Source of the DNA: a virus
Taxonomy: Duplodnaviria; Heunggongvirae; Uroviricota; Caudoviricetes
Strand: one strand, 5' to 3'
Virus record (IMG/VR): IMGVR_UViG_3300023179_000049
Length of the DNA: 34,222 nucleotides
The position numbers and the translations under genes were made by a program. Position 1 is the stretch's first letter, and the number at the start of each line of letters is the position of its first letter. Below are positions 7,608 to 16,773 of the stretch, piece after piece. Below the pieces are notes generated by a model that was given only the letters and a program-made list of their open reading frames with translations, was not told where the DNA came from and did no database searches.

Positions 7608-9368
7608 TTAGATTCTATTTAAATCCATTATTCTAATTACACCGTAAAATTCCGGGCGGACAATCTTCTTAGCGTAACGAGTCATTACACCTTTTCTTGG
7701 AGTGAAGTTATTCGGATCGTAAACTAAAGGAGTCATAATCAATGGAACATATGGGCTATAAACCGCACCTGTTTCTAAGAATTGATTTCCTCTGTAACCC
7801 ATTAAAATGGTATTTTCTAACATATAAGGGTTCTTGTAAACTTGGAAACGATTATTCATCATACCAGCTTTTTGAACACCCATTGCAAATTGCATCTTAT
7901 CACCATTAGTATCTGCTGCATATCCTGGGATAGATTCTAAGATAGTTGCAACGTCTGGAGAACAAACTAAGAAGTTAGCTCCACCACGCATTGTTTTTTG
8001 ATGAATTTTGTTAGATACCTTTTGGATTTTAGTTCCTAAAGTTTGGAACCAAGTTTGTTGGTTGTAGAATTGGTTTGCAGAAGCATCAACGATACCATTA
8101 AATCCATTTACAATACCTTTATCTGTTGCAGTTTGATTAGTATCTACTGTTCGGCCAATTACTGCTGACCATCCTTCTATAGTTACTGCATTTTGAATCA
8201 ACATATCTAAAATCTCTAAATCAATTTCTTGAGATATATACTCAGATAACATTGAAGTTAATTCTGCTTCAGCGTCAATTGCATGGTATGCATTTAAATC
8301 TTGAGCAAATTCCGGTGTCCAAATAGCTTTTAATTTACGAGTCTTAGCAACGATTGGCTCAGAACGTAATTCAACGTTTATTTCTGGAATGTTAACGTTT
8401 GTATCAATTGATGTAGCATTTCCTGTAGCGCTATATCCACCGCCATTACCATATCCACCAGCTTCAAAATCACCACGACCTGCTGCTGTAGGTTGTAATT
8501 CATAGAATACTGTCAATGTATTTGAACTTCTAAATAATGATTGAGCGGAACCTGAAACTACAAATGTAACTGCAGTATTATCACTATTTACTCTAGTAAA
8601 TTGAGGGAATACAGTCATAATACCTGTTGATGAAGAAATATTAAATGCTCTTACGCCTTCTGTGTCAAAGTTAGGAATCGAAGAAGATGCAACTGTTACA
8701 GTGTACATTGAGGGCGTACCAGCTGCTAATGAAGCTGAATAAGTATTAAAAAATCTTGTATCGTAGTTATAATCAGATGCTACGATTGATGCTGTTGCAA
8801 AAGTTGTACTTGTAGGAATAGTACCTGATCCTGATTGTAATCCTATACTAGCCGTAGTAGCAATAGAATAACCAAATCTACCAGCACCATAAAGACCACC
8901 TGATGGATCACCAGTTGTATTAGTTACACCAAATACTGAATTAGTTTGGTAACCTGGCTGACCTGGTAATGCACCAGCTGTATTACCAGTTGCAAAACCT
9001 GCTTGGTTTGTAGTACCATATTTAAAATCTAAATAAAATACTAGACCTGAAGGTAAAGACATTGGTTGAACTGAAACGAAGTCTTTAGCAGCGATTTCAC
9101 TGAAAATACGTCTTACTAATGGAAGAGCAACACCTGACCATTCTTCTGATCCTGCTGCTGTACCTGTTCTGCTAGATTCTGTGATTAATTGCTTAGCTTG
9201 GTTTTCTAATAAAATTGAGATGCTAGCTCTGTCATATTCGCTATCAACTCCTTCTAACAAACCGGTCTTAGCCCATTTGTTAACTAAACCTTTAGATTCT
9301 TCTAAAAGTTGAAAAGATCTATCTTGTGTAGATGAAACGATCTTTTGAATTGCATTTAAATTACTCAT
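7608..9368 (-). CDS. gp23: Major capsid protein (T4 gp23-like)
   Basis: KWAKTGLLEG, LLENQ, VSVQPMSLPSGLVFYLDF, AKTRKLKAIWTPEFAQDLNAYHAIDAEAELTSMLSEYISQEIDLEI, YSPYVPL, GVMTRY. Confidence 0.96.
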   Translation of the reverse strand: MSNLNAIQKIVSSTQDRSFQLLEESKGLVNKWAKTGLLEGVDSEYDRASISILLENQAKQLITESSRTGTAAGSEEWSGVALPLVRRIFSEIAAKDFVSVQPMSLPSGLVFYLDFKYGTTNQAGFATGNTAGALPGQPGYQTNSVFGVTNTTGDPSGGLYGAGRFGYSIATTASIGLQSGSGTIPTSTTFATASIVASDYNYDTRFFNTYSASLAAGTPSMYTVTVASSSIPNFDTEGVRAFNISSSTGIMTVFPQFTRVNSDNTAVTFVVSGSAQSLFRSSNTLTVFYELQPTAAGRGDFEAGGYGNGGGYSATGNATSIDTNVNIPEINVELRSEPIVAKTRKLKAIWTPEFAQDLNAYHAIDAEAELTSMLSEYISQEIDLEILDMLIQNAVTIEGWSAVIGRTVDTNQTATDKGIVNGFNGIVDASANQFYNQQTWFQTLGTKIQKVSNKIHQKTMRGGANFLVCSPDVATILESIPGYAADTNGDKMQFAMGVQKAGMMNNRFQVYKNPYMLENTILMGYRGNQFLETGAVYSPYVPLIMTPLVYDPNNFTPRKGVMTRYAKKIVRPEFYGVIRIMDLNRI

Positions 9369-9411
9369 AGTAATGTTTATGTTTTTTTGTTTTTAATTGT
9401 TAATTATTTAA

Positions 9412-10380
9412 TTATTTTAAACCTGCTAATTTCTTAAATCTGTTCGCAATTTGTTCGCCTTCAGATAAAATAGTTTGTTTAGGTTTTGTTGATGCAACTG
9501 GTTTAGATGCAACTGATTCTTTTACTAATGTTTTTCTGCTTGAGAAAGATTCAGATAAAGTAGCATATACTAATTTAACTTCTCTAATTGTTCTAGCACG
9601 ATCGAAAGTATCAATTACTTTAACTTTTTGCGATTCATTTAAAGTATGAGCTTTAAATAATTTGTTTGTGAATAAAAGTTTTGCATTAAGCATATTAACT
9701 TCATTTAAGCTATCTTTCATAGTTTTAATTGCGCTATAAGCTTCTTCTAATTCTTTTTTCATTTTAGCATTTTCTTTAGCTAATAAAGTATCTTTTGCAT
9801 CAACTTTACCATCGCCATCGTAATCCATATCGTTATGCTCCATACCATATTCATCCATTTCTTCTTCATCGCCCATTAATTCTTCTAATAAAGCATCAAT
9901 GTCTACTTCTTCTTCTAAGTGTTCTGTACCTGGGCCTTCTGGTGAACCAAATTTTTCTTTGCTTGTTCCAGCTACATCTTTTTCTGGAGTATCTTCGTAT
10001 TCTTCTTCGTCTAACTGACGTAAAATTTCTGATAAATCATATTCATCAAGCTCTTCTTCTGCTGGCATTTCTTCTGCTGGCATTTCTTCTGCTTCTACGC
10101 CTCTTGACATAATGTCGAATTCATCAAATTGTCCATCACCATCAGTGTCAATTGATAAATCTCCTACATCCATTCCGTCATCTTCCATTCCTGGAGTTTC
10201 CATTGGCATTTCATCTTCCATTCCTTCTTCATCTTCCATTCCTTCTTCTGCTAAACGAGAAGAAATCATAGATTGAATTCTTGGGGTGAATGCTTCTTCC
10301 AAAGCTAACTTAGCATTAGCAATGGCTGTTTCTTTAACTGCTTTTGCATCAGCAATAGCTTCTTTTAATAAGTCTTGCAT
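9412..10380 (-). CDS. Prohead scaffold/core protein (gp22-like)
   Basis: Very acidic middle, coiled-coil ends, many LxE sites, directly upstream of the capsid gene; ends RFKKLAGLK. Confidence 0.82.
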   Translation of the reverse strand: MQDLLKEAIADAKAVKETAIANAKLALEEAFTPRIQSMISSRLAEEGMEDEEGMEDEMPMETPGMEDDGMDVGDLSIDTDGDGQFDEFDIMSRGVEAEEMPAEEMPAEEELDEYDLSEILRQLDEEEYEDTPEKDVAGTSKEKFGSPEGPGTEHLEEEVDIDALLEELMGDEEEMDEYGMEHNDMDYDGDGKVDAKDTLLAKENAKMKKELEEAYSAIKTMKDSLNEVNMLNAKLLFTNKLFKAHTLNESQKVKVIDTFDRARTIREVKLVYATLSESFSSRKTLVKESVASKPVASTKPKQTILSEGEQIANRFKKLAGLK

Positions 10381-10405
10381 TTTTATTTTTATGTGATTTT
10401 TTTAT

Positions 10406-10488
10406 CCGCACGAAATAAATCGGTATAGTTATTAGTGAACTATAAAAGCGGTTTAGATATTTTTGTAATCGTATATTAGAAATACGAT
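10406..10488 (-). promoter_or_regulatory. Structured 5' leader of the scaffold-capsid operon (two hairpins)
   Basis: AUCGUAU-UUCUAAU-AUACGAU (10468-10488) and UAUAGUU-CACUAAU-AACUAUA (10424-10444); a CCGC/GCGG pair could enclose the second. Confidence 0.5.
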
Positions 10489-10561
10489 ATTGGAATTTAT
10501 TATATATATTACCAATGTTATAAAAACATTATACTTTTTGATACTTTTTTGTATATTCAGT

Positions 10562-10590
10562 AAAAAAGCCCTAATTTCTTAGAGCTTTTT
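10562..10590 (-). terminator. Intrinsic terminator, possibly bidirectional
   Basis: GCUCUAA-GAAA-UUAGGGC stem with GNRA loop; U6 run on the minus strand and a T5 run on the plus strand. Confidence 0.8.
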
Positions 10591-10599
10591 AAGATTTAG

Positions 10600-11157
10600 T
10601 TATTTAATACCTGCTAATCTTTTAAATTTATTAATTTCTCTTTCACTTATATTATTATCAATATTTTTTGAAATTGCTTTTCTTCTTGCCATTAAATACT
10701 CATCGCTGTTATTTACCTGACCGTCATTATTAATATCGCTATCTTCATGTCCTACTGCATCTAATTCATTTTCATTTATCTTGTAATATTTATTTAATAC
10801 ACTTCCGATATCTTCATAAACACTTTCTAATCTTTGTTGTAAAGTATTAATTTCACCAGCTGTCTTTTCAAATAATTGCATAGAACTTTCTAATGTTTTC
10901 ATATGACGGCCTACTGTAATACCATCAAAGCTTCCTTCTGTTTCTTGTAAAGTCATATCTTTAGCTTTTTGAATTACATCTTTCATTTCATTAGTAATAT
11001 TACGTAATTCGTCTGCTCTGTATATATGATTACCATATTCATTAAACTTACCAATCATCTCCATGATTTCTTTTTTATCTTTAGGAGATAATTTTATTTT
11101 TTCCGATGCTTCATTTTGCATCCATTTTTCGCTTATAATTCTTTTTAAACTAGTCAT
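10600..11157 (-). CDS. Putative prohead core/internal protein
   Basis: Likely start MTSLKRIISE at 11157, 4 nt after the upstream stop. Coiled-coil, DINNDGQVNNSD loop, and C-terminus FKRLAGIK like the scaffold. Confidence 0.7.
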   Translation of the reverse strand: MTSLKRIISEKWMQNEASEKIKLSPKDKKEIMEMIGKFNEYGNHIYRADELRNITNEMKDVIQKAKDMTLQETEGSFDGITVGRHMKTLESSMQLFEKTAGEINTLQQRLESVYEDIGSVLNKYYKINENELDAVGHEDSDINNDGQVNNSDEYLMARRKAISKNIDNNISEREINKFKRLAGIK

Positions 11158-11161
11158 TATA

Positions 11162-11623
11162 TTATTCTTTATTAAATGGTTTACCTTTTTCATCAGAATT
11201 AATTTTTTCTACACTTACTCCGATAAATTGTACTGGCTTTCCTATTTTGTCATTAATTACTAAAAAATTAGTCATTGAAGTATTCATGATTCTAATAATA
11301 TAATATTGACCAGGCTTCCCATCAAATTCCACTTTAAATCCAGGCCCAACTTTAAAGTTAAGGTTTTCTTTTGGTGGAGGAGTTTGTTTTGGTTCTTCAG
11401 GAACATCATTAACAGCTGGCCTTTGTTGAGGCTTTGTAGGCATCGGAGGCTTTGGTTGTGTTCTAGCTGGTTGAGGTGCAGGTCTTGTTGGGACTGGTGC
11501 AGGTGCTCCTGGTTCTTGTTCTTGAAGTCTTTTACGATTTGGATGAGCGTGCGTAACAACTCCCCAAGTACCAAAGGCTTCATTTAAAAGACCCCTAAGT
11601 TTTATTTTATTATCTTTTGCCAT
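11162..11623 (-). CDS. Hypothetical Pro/Gln-rich protein, possible head-internal protein
   Basis: N-terminus IKLRGLLNE; P/Q-rich linker; located between the protease and core genes. Confidence 0.65.
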   Translation of the reverse strand: MAKDNKIKLRGLLNEAFGTWGVVTHAHPNRKRLQEQEPGAPAPVPTRPAPQPARTQPKPPMPTKPQQRPAVNDVPEEPKQTPPPKENLNFKVGPGFKVEFDGKPGQYYIIRIMNTSMTNFLVINDKIGKPVQFIGVSVEKINSDEKGKPFNKE

Positions 11624-11630
11624 TTTCTTA

Positions 11631-12236
11631 TTATTTAAAGTCTGTTATTATATCTGTGATAATTTTTTCTACAGAATAATATTTGTTTGTTATGTTTATT
11701 TGACCAGAACCTTCATTAATAGGACTTAAATAAGCTCCTTGGGTTGATGGACTAGAAACAAAGTCAAAGCATAATAAATTAAAATCATCTTGAACTTGTA
11801 CATGTCCTTGCTCGTCAATTTGCTTAACTGAACCTAAACCTCTTGAACTAATACCTAATTTAATACCGGCTTGAAATAATGCTTTTAAAATATTTCCGCT
11901 AGGTGTAGGTAATACTTCAACAGTTCCTACTAAATCATCACCGTCCCAATGCATCTCTAAAATATTATGAGAAACATTATTTAAGTTAATAACTGAAGAA
12001 TCTGGATGATCTAATTCTCCCAATGCTCTTCTTTCTTTAACTTCTTGTCCAAGATATCTAGAAGCTTCACGCTCTAATATAGGTCTAGGATAAGTTCTTC
12101 CGTTATGATTTAAAGCATCTGCTCGTTGTAAAGTACCTTTAACAATTAAACGACCGCCATTTTGTTCTAGAGATTCATTAATCATTTGAGGCGTTACTTC
12201 AAACGGAAGATAATCTATAAGTAAATTAGTATTCAT
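11631..12236 (-). CDS. gp21: Prohead maturation protease (T4 gp21-like)
   Basis: NHNGRTYP, ALGELDHP, NVSH, GISSRGLGS, DFVSSPS. Confidence 0.95.
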   Translation of the reverse strand: MNTNLLIDYLPFEVTPQMINESLEQNGGRLIVKGTLQRADALNHNGRTYPRPILEREASRYLGQEVKERRALGELDHPDSSVINLNNVSHNILEMHWDGDDLVGTVEVLPTPSGNILKALFQAGIKLGISSRGLGSVKQIDEQGHVQVQDDFNLLCFDFVSSPSTQGAYLSPINEGSGQINITNKYYSVEKIITDIITDFK

Positions 12237-12240
12237 TTTA

Positions 12241-12250
12241 TATAATTATC
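12241..12250 (-). promoter_or_regulatory. Putative promoter motif (GATAATTATA)
   Basis: 4 nt upstream of the gp21 start; overlaps the upstream stop codon. Confidence 0.35.
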
Positions 12251-13244
12251 TTAAGATGTTCTTTTTAAATGCATCCCAAAGATTAATATTCTCTTTTAAT
12301 GATACTTTCTTTTCTTTTCCAGGAACTGTCATAGATTTCATTCCTTTAGAAGATTTAGATTTCATTGTCATTTCTTTAACTCCTTTGGGTTTTCCAGAAG
12401 CTTTTTCTTTTTTATTTAAAGAATCATTGGCATTCTTTTTAGTAGCATCTTTTTTAGATACTGACATTTCATTTGCTTTATCCTTTAATTTATCAGATAC
12501 TTTATTAAGCTTCTTATCTTTTATTTCTGTAGGTACATCTGCTCTTTTGCCTTTAGTTTCTTTAGCATTAGAAATTAGATTACTGTAATAAATTGGATCT
12601 TTCTTTAATTTCTTAACTGCTTTATCCATTGCTTTTTCGTAATCATCAGTATCTACCATTTCTATTCTAATTCCTTTTCTTAATTCATAAGGATTAACCA
12701 TATCTACATCTGACATATCTTTATGCCCGTAGTTAGTTTTCTCTGCTTTCTTTTTCTCAGCAGGGTCTTTCTTTTCCTTAGCTTCATTAACGGTATTATT
12801 TTTCATAGTTACTGTAACTGGTTCTTTTGTACTAGGATAAGCTTCAATATAAAACTCAGACCTAGGAAACATATCAGCTAATTCATCAGCTCTTTTTTGA
12901 GCTTCTTCTGGAGTATTATAATAACCTTGATGACCTATACGGCCATAACCTCCGTCTTCTAATACATGATAATACATTTTTTTACCTTTCATAGGATTGA
13001 ATGAACCTTCATTCATTTCTAAATCTGCAAGATTATTTATCATTACAGCTAATTCATTTCGCTCTTCATCATCCATAATGCCCATTTCTTTCATCATCTC
13101 ATCTCTTTCATTAGCATCTGAATTTCCGGAGTTATTATAAATTTCTTTAGCTGTTTGTTCTAACTCTCTTCTTCTTTCTGGGGATACTGTTTCGAAGATT
13201 CTTAATGTATCTCCCTCAATTAATATTTTATTTTTAAGTCTCAT
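12246..13244 (-). CDS. Modular hypothetical protein with a DUF5661-like segment and a Lys-rich tail; putative head-internal protein
   Basis: ELRKGIRIEM...AVKKLKKDPIYYSNL recalls the DUF5661 pattern (from memory); LIE, MNE, VNE and LKE sites separate the segments. Confidence 0.6.
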   Translation of the reverse strand: MRLKNKILIEGDTLRIFETVSPERRRELEQTAKEIYNNSGNSDANERDEMMKEMGIMDDEERNELAVMINNLADLEMNEGSFNPMKGKKMYYHVLEDGGYGRIGHQGYYNTPEEAQKRADELADMFPRSEFYIEAYPSTKEPVTVTMKNNTVNEAKEKKDPAEKKKAEKTNYGHKDMSDVDMVNPYELRKGIRIEMVDTDDYEKAMDKAVKKLKKDPIYYSNLISNAKETKGKRADVPTEIKDKKLNKVSDKLKDKANEMSVSKKDATKKNANDSLNKKEKASGKPKGVKEMTMKSKSSKGMKSMTVPGKEKKVSLKENINLWDAFKKNILR

Positions 13245-13261
13245 GTTATTTTTATTTATTA

Positions 13262-13993
13262 TTATGCGCTTAGATTTTTTAAGTAACTCGAAACTCTATT
13301 TAATCTTTCAGAAAGCTTAGATAATTTTTCTTTTGTTGATTTCCAATACATTCTGTTATCAACATTCATTTCATTTTTAAGTTTCATGTTTCTTGAAATG
13401 ATTTTTTCAATTTCATATAACTTAGTATATACTTCAGCAATTGCGTAGTTTACTTTTTTTTTAGGAGAAACGGTAGGATCATTTTTAATATCATTATACT
13501 TACCTTCTTCTAATATACTATACATTTCAGACATCATTGTCTTGTAGTTTGATTCTTTTAATGTTTTAGTATTTTTAGTAGGCGCGCCTACTTTTTTCAT
13601 TCCATATGCCGTGATAGCACTTTCCGGAGCTTCATGACCAAAAGCATTAGGTGTTAAATATCCAGGAACTCCGGCTGATGTAGAAGCTTCTGCTAATTCT
13701 CCAACATTAGAATCGATAATCTCAATTCCAGATTCGTTAAAAATATTAATTAATTCTTCAATAATATTTTCGTCTTTAGATTTATATACATTAGAACCAT
13801 CCATATTTAAAAATGAATCTTTTAAAGCTCTTCTAATGAAAATATTATTATGAGCAACATCCATTGCTTTTTTAGCATCTCTAATAGATATTTCTAGATA
13901 ATATGGTTCTTCAACAATAAAATCATCTTCGACGATATTGTTTATTTCATTAAATTTATCTTCGATTTCTTGTAAAAGTCTTTTGAATGCCAT
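13262..13993 (-). CDS. Hypothetical protein, putative head-internal/core protein
   Basis: N-terminus MAFKRLLQE; LAE-ASTSAGVPGYLTPNAFG; basic helical C-terminus; located between portal and protease. Confidence 0.65.
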   Translation of the reverse strand: MAFKRLLQEIEDKFNEINNIVEDDFIVEEPYYLEISIRDAKKAMDVAHNNIFIRRALKDSFLNMDGSNVYKSKDENIIEELINIFNESGIEIIDSNVGELAEASTSAGVPGYLTPNAFGHEAPESAITAYGMKKVGAPTKNTKTLKESNYKTMMSEMYSILEEGKYNDIKNDPTVSPKKKVNYAIAEVYTKLYEIEKIISRNMKLKNEMNVDNRMYWKSTKEKLSKLSERLNRVSSYLKNLSA

Positions 13994-13994
13994 A

Positions 13995-14849
13995 TTAATT
14001 AATTTTTTTAAGTTCTTTTACTAATTCAAAGTATCTTAATAAAGACAATACATGATTATCTTTAATTATTCTTGATTCGGTAATAGTAGTTAATAAATTA
14101 TTTACTTCTGATAGTTTAATTTGAACTACTTGATTATCACATTTTTTAATGTTTTTATCTAAGTCTGTTTTAATGCTTTTAACTGAACTAATTACAAACT
14201 CAAATAATTCATTTTGGTTATTTGGAGAATTCGTAATATAGAGCTTTAATAATTGTTTTTGATTAGGATTTAATTTATTATACTTATTATTAAATTTCTC
14301 TAATAAGATTTTATATGATAATAATCTAATATCTTTATCTTCTTTGCCAAACTGCGTTTCAATTAAACTTTCAACACTAGGAGTATCTTCTGGTTTTCTA
14401 ATTAAGTGTTCAAAAATACAAGATTTAGAATCAACAACATCAACAGGATTATCTGCTTCAGCATATTCAAATAATTTATATACGCTAGCTAATACTTTGT
14501 AATTATTTACCTTATGTTGAAAAAAGTCTTCTAATTTATAGCTCTCACGAATTCTTTTAATTAAACTATACTTAAGTTTTTCTAAAGACTGTTCGTCTAA
14601 TTTTTTTCTTGATTTAACTACGGCTTCTAATAATTGCCCAGCTTTCCATTCGCTAGAAAGTTTTTCATTAGTTAAAGTTTGATATAGTTTTAGTTCATGA
14701 GCTAAGCCATTTTTCTTAGAGAAGAATTCCTTTACAATTTGAATTGCTTGTGAGTCTTTATTATTTAAAATATCAGAAGTTATTTGTCTTACTAATAATT
14801 CAAATATTATACCCGTGTTGCGAAGCTTATTATGCTTAATTTTTTTCAT
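13995..14849 (-). CDS. Hypothetical helical protein directly downstream of the portal
   Basis: 284 aa ORF with a basic N-terminus, KHNKLRNTGIIFELLVRQIT; head-module position. Confidence 0.75.
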   Translation of the reverse strand: MKKIKHNKLRNTGIIFELLVRQITSDILNNKDSQAIQIVKEFFSKKNGLAHELKLYQTLTNEKLSSEWKAGQLLEAVVKSRKKLDEQSLEKLKYSLIKRIRESYKLEDFFQHKVNNYKVLASVYKLFEYAEADNPVDVVDSKSCIFEHLIRKPEDTPSVESLIETQFGKEDKDIRLLSYKILLEKFNNKYNKLNPNQKQLLKLYITNSPNNQNELFEFVISSVKSIKTDLDKNIKKCDNQVVQIKLSEVNNLLTTITESRIIKDNHVLSLLRYFELVKELKKIN

Positions 14850-14904
14850 ACAGTATTGATACTATGTATATATTACATTAATAATTATTTACGATGTTAA
14901 TAAA

Positions 14905-16728
14905 TCATTCCGAAATGTTAGATTCATCTAGATAAGTCCCTGCGTCAGCGTCTTGTTTTTTGTTTGGCTGAATACTTTCTAATATTAGTTTCTTAGATGT
15001 ATTTTTCTTTACATGAACTAATCCTAATCTTTTTGCAGCATCTTTACTTGATGACGTATTTACACCTTCTTTAACAGATAAATCAACTGCTGGTTTAAAT
15101 CCTTTAGAACCAATCGGATCTCTTCCTAATGAATGAGCATCAGTTCCATATATAGAACCACCTTTTTTAGGTCTTCCGTTATTTTCTATTTCTATATCAC
15201 CTCCAGCATTTCTTTTACTTACATGTAAATTAGCAATATCATGAGGCGTACCAAAAGATTCTCCAGTTAATAATGGATCATTTCCTTCTTCTTCGATTTG
15301 AGTTTGACGGAAATTATTTTTCATATCATCTAATACTTTATCTCTTTCATTTTGCCATTCATTATCAGATAGTTTAAATATATTTTTATAAATCCATTCT
15401 TCTGATAATAATTTTGCTTCTTTAATTTCTTTTGCTAATTCAATTTTTTCTTTCCAAAGAGCGATTAATTCTTGCTCATAAACAATTGACGGAGTAGTTA
15501 AACTAATTTCAAAGTTCACTAAATCTTCGTCTTTATATCCTTGAGCGAATAAATGAATAACAGCAATTTTAGTAAGCTCTGAAACTACAATACGTTGCAC
15601 ACGTTCTATTGTTCTAGCAAAACGAACGTCTTCAGCAGCTAATAATGCTTTACCTGCAATACCCTCATCAAATGTTAAAAATGCTTTAGGTATTTTAAGA
15701 CCTGCTAACATTCTATTTTTTAAGTATTCAATATCCTCGATACCTGTAAATTCCATTCCAGATAAAGTATCAATTTCAGTACCAGATGTACCACCACGAA
15801 CTGGAAGATAAAAATCTTCAAGCATATTCATTAAATTGAACTTTAAATCATAATCTCCTGTTTGTTGATCAATATATGGCTGCTTTTTCATTTTATTCAT
15901 GATTTGCTGCATATAGTTATCAACTTCATTTGGCGGTATATTACCTACGTCTATTTTAAAAATACGACGCTCCGGGGCTCTCATTACACGATGAATTAAC
16001 ATCGCATCTTCCATCATTGTTAATTGTTTCCAAACTTTACGTGCTGGTTCTAATATTGATTTACCGTATGGTAAGAAATTTGAATCTGTTAATAAGCGGA
16101 AATGAGCAATCTCGTAATTTTTATACTTGTTTTTATTATTGCCCATAATAGAGAATTGTACATGATAAGGATTGTTTGGATCTGTTCCTTCTTCTCTAAT
16201 TACTTCATAAGCAGAAAGCGGAGTAACATTAACAATACCAATATCTTCTCTAATATCTAAATATAAATAAAAATCTCCGTATTTATTCATACTTCTAATC
16301 CAAGGCCATAAGTTAAAATCGATATTTAAAATATCATAGAATAAATTCTCTAATACTTTTTTAATTGTTTCGTCTGAACTTTTAATGGTTAAGATTTCAT
16401 CATATTCATTCTTACGTGTTGATTCGTCAGAATAAATATCTAATGCTGCTGCGATAATAGAATCCATATCCATGATTTCATAATCAGTATATAGTTCTGT
16501 TCTTGAGCTTTGATAATTGTAGTTATTATTATAAGTAGATATACTCGGCTTAATACCATGTAATCTAGTAAATCTATCTACATATTTTGATTGTTCAAGA
16601 TTACCTGCTGATTGTAATCTATCAGTATCAATTACTCTTAATTTTTTACCGCCGACTCTACGTACGATAACGTTATTAGAAAATAATCGTCCTAATCTTG
16701 CTCCTAATGATTTATCTATTAATGACAT
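14905..16728 (-). CDS. gp20: Portal protein (T4 gp20-like)
   Basis: MEDAMLIHRVMRAPERRIFKIDVGNIP, MLEDFYLPVRGG, GTEIDTLSG, LKIPKAFL, EDVRFARTIERVQ. Confidence 0.95.
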   Translation of the reverse strand: MSLIDKSLGARLGRLFSNNVIVRRVGGKKLRVIDTDRLQSAGNLEQSKYVDRFTRLHGIKPSISTYNNNYNYQSSRTELYTDYEIMDMDSIIAAALDIYSDESTRKNEYDEILTIKSSDETIKKVLENLFYDILNIDFNLWPWIRSMNKYGDFYLYLDIREDIGIVNVTPLSAYEVIREEGTDPNNPYHVQFSIMGNNKNKYKNYEIAHFRLLTDSNFLPYGKSILEPARKVWKQLTMMEDAMLIHRVMRAPERRIFKIDVGNIPPNEVDNYMQQIMNKMKKQPYIDQQTGDYDLKFNLMNMLEDFYLPVRGGTSGTEIDTLSGMEFTGIEDIEYLKNRMLAGLKIPKAFLTFDEGIAGKALLAAEDVRFARTIERVQRIVVSELTKIAVIHLFAQGYKDEDLVNFEISLTTPSIVYEQELIALWKEKIELAKEIKEAKLLSEEWIYKNIFKLSDNEWQNERDKVLDDMKNNFRQTQIEEEGNDPLLTGESFGTPHDIANLHVSKRNAGGDIEIENNGRPKKGGSIYGTDAHSLGRDPIGSKGFKPAVDLSVKEGVNTSSSKDAAKRLGLVHVKKNTSKKLILESIQPNKKQDADAGTYLDESNISE

Positions 16729-16740
16729 TTATATCTTTAT

Positions 16741-16750
16741 TATAATTATA
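16741..16750 (-). promoter_or_regulatory. Putative promoter motif (TATAATTATA, palindromic)
   Basis: 12 nt upstream of the portal start. Confidence 0.45.
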
Positions 16751-16773
16751 TGTTTTATGGAATACTGATGCAT

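Noticed and set aside
10060-10250. Short 15-18 bp tandem repeats in the scaffold (EEMPAEEMPA, EEGMEDEEGMED)
   Set aside because: This is ordinary slippage in an acidic disordered linker.
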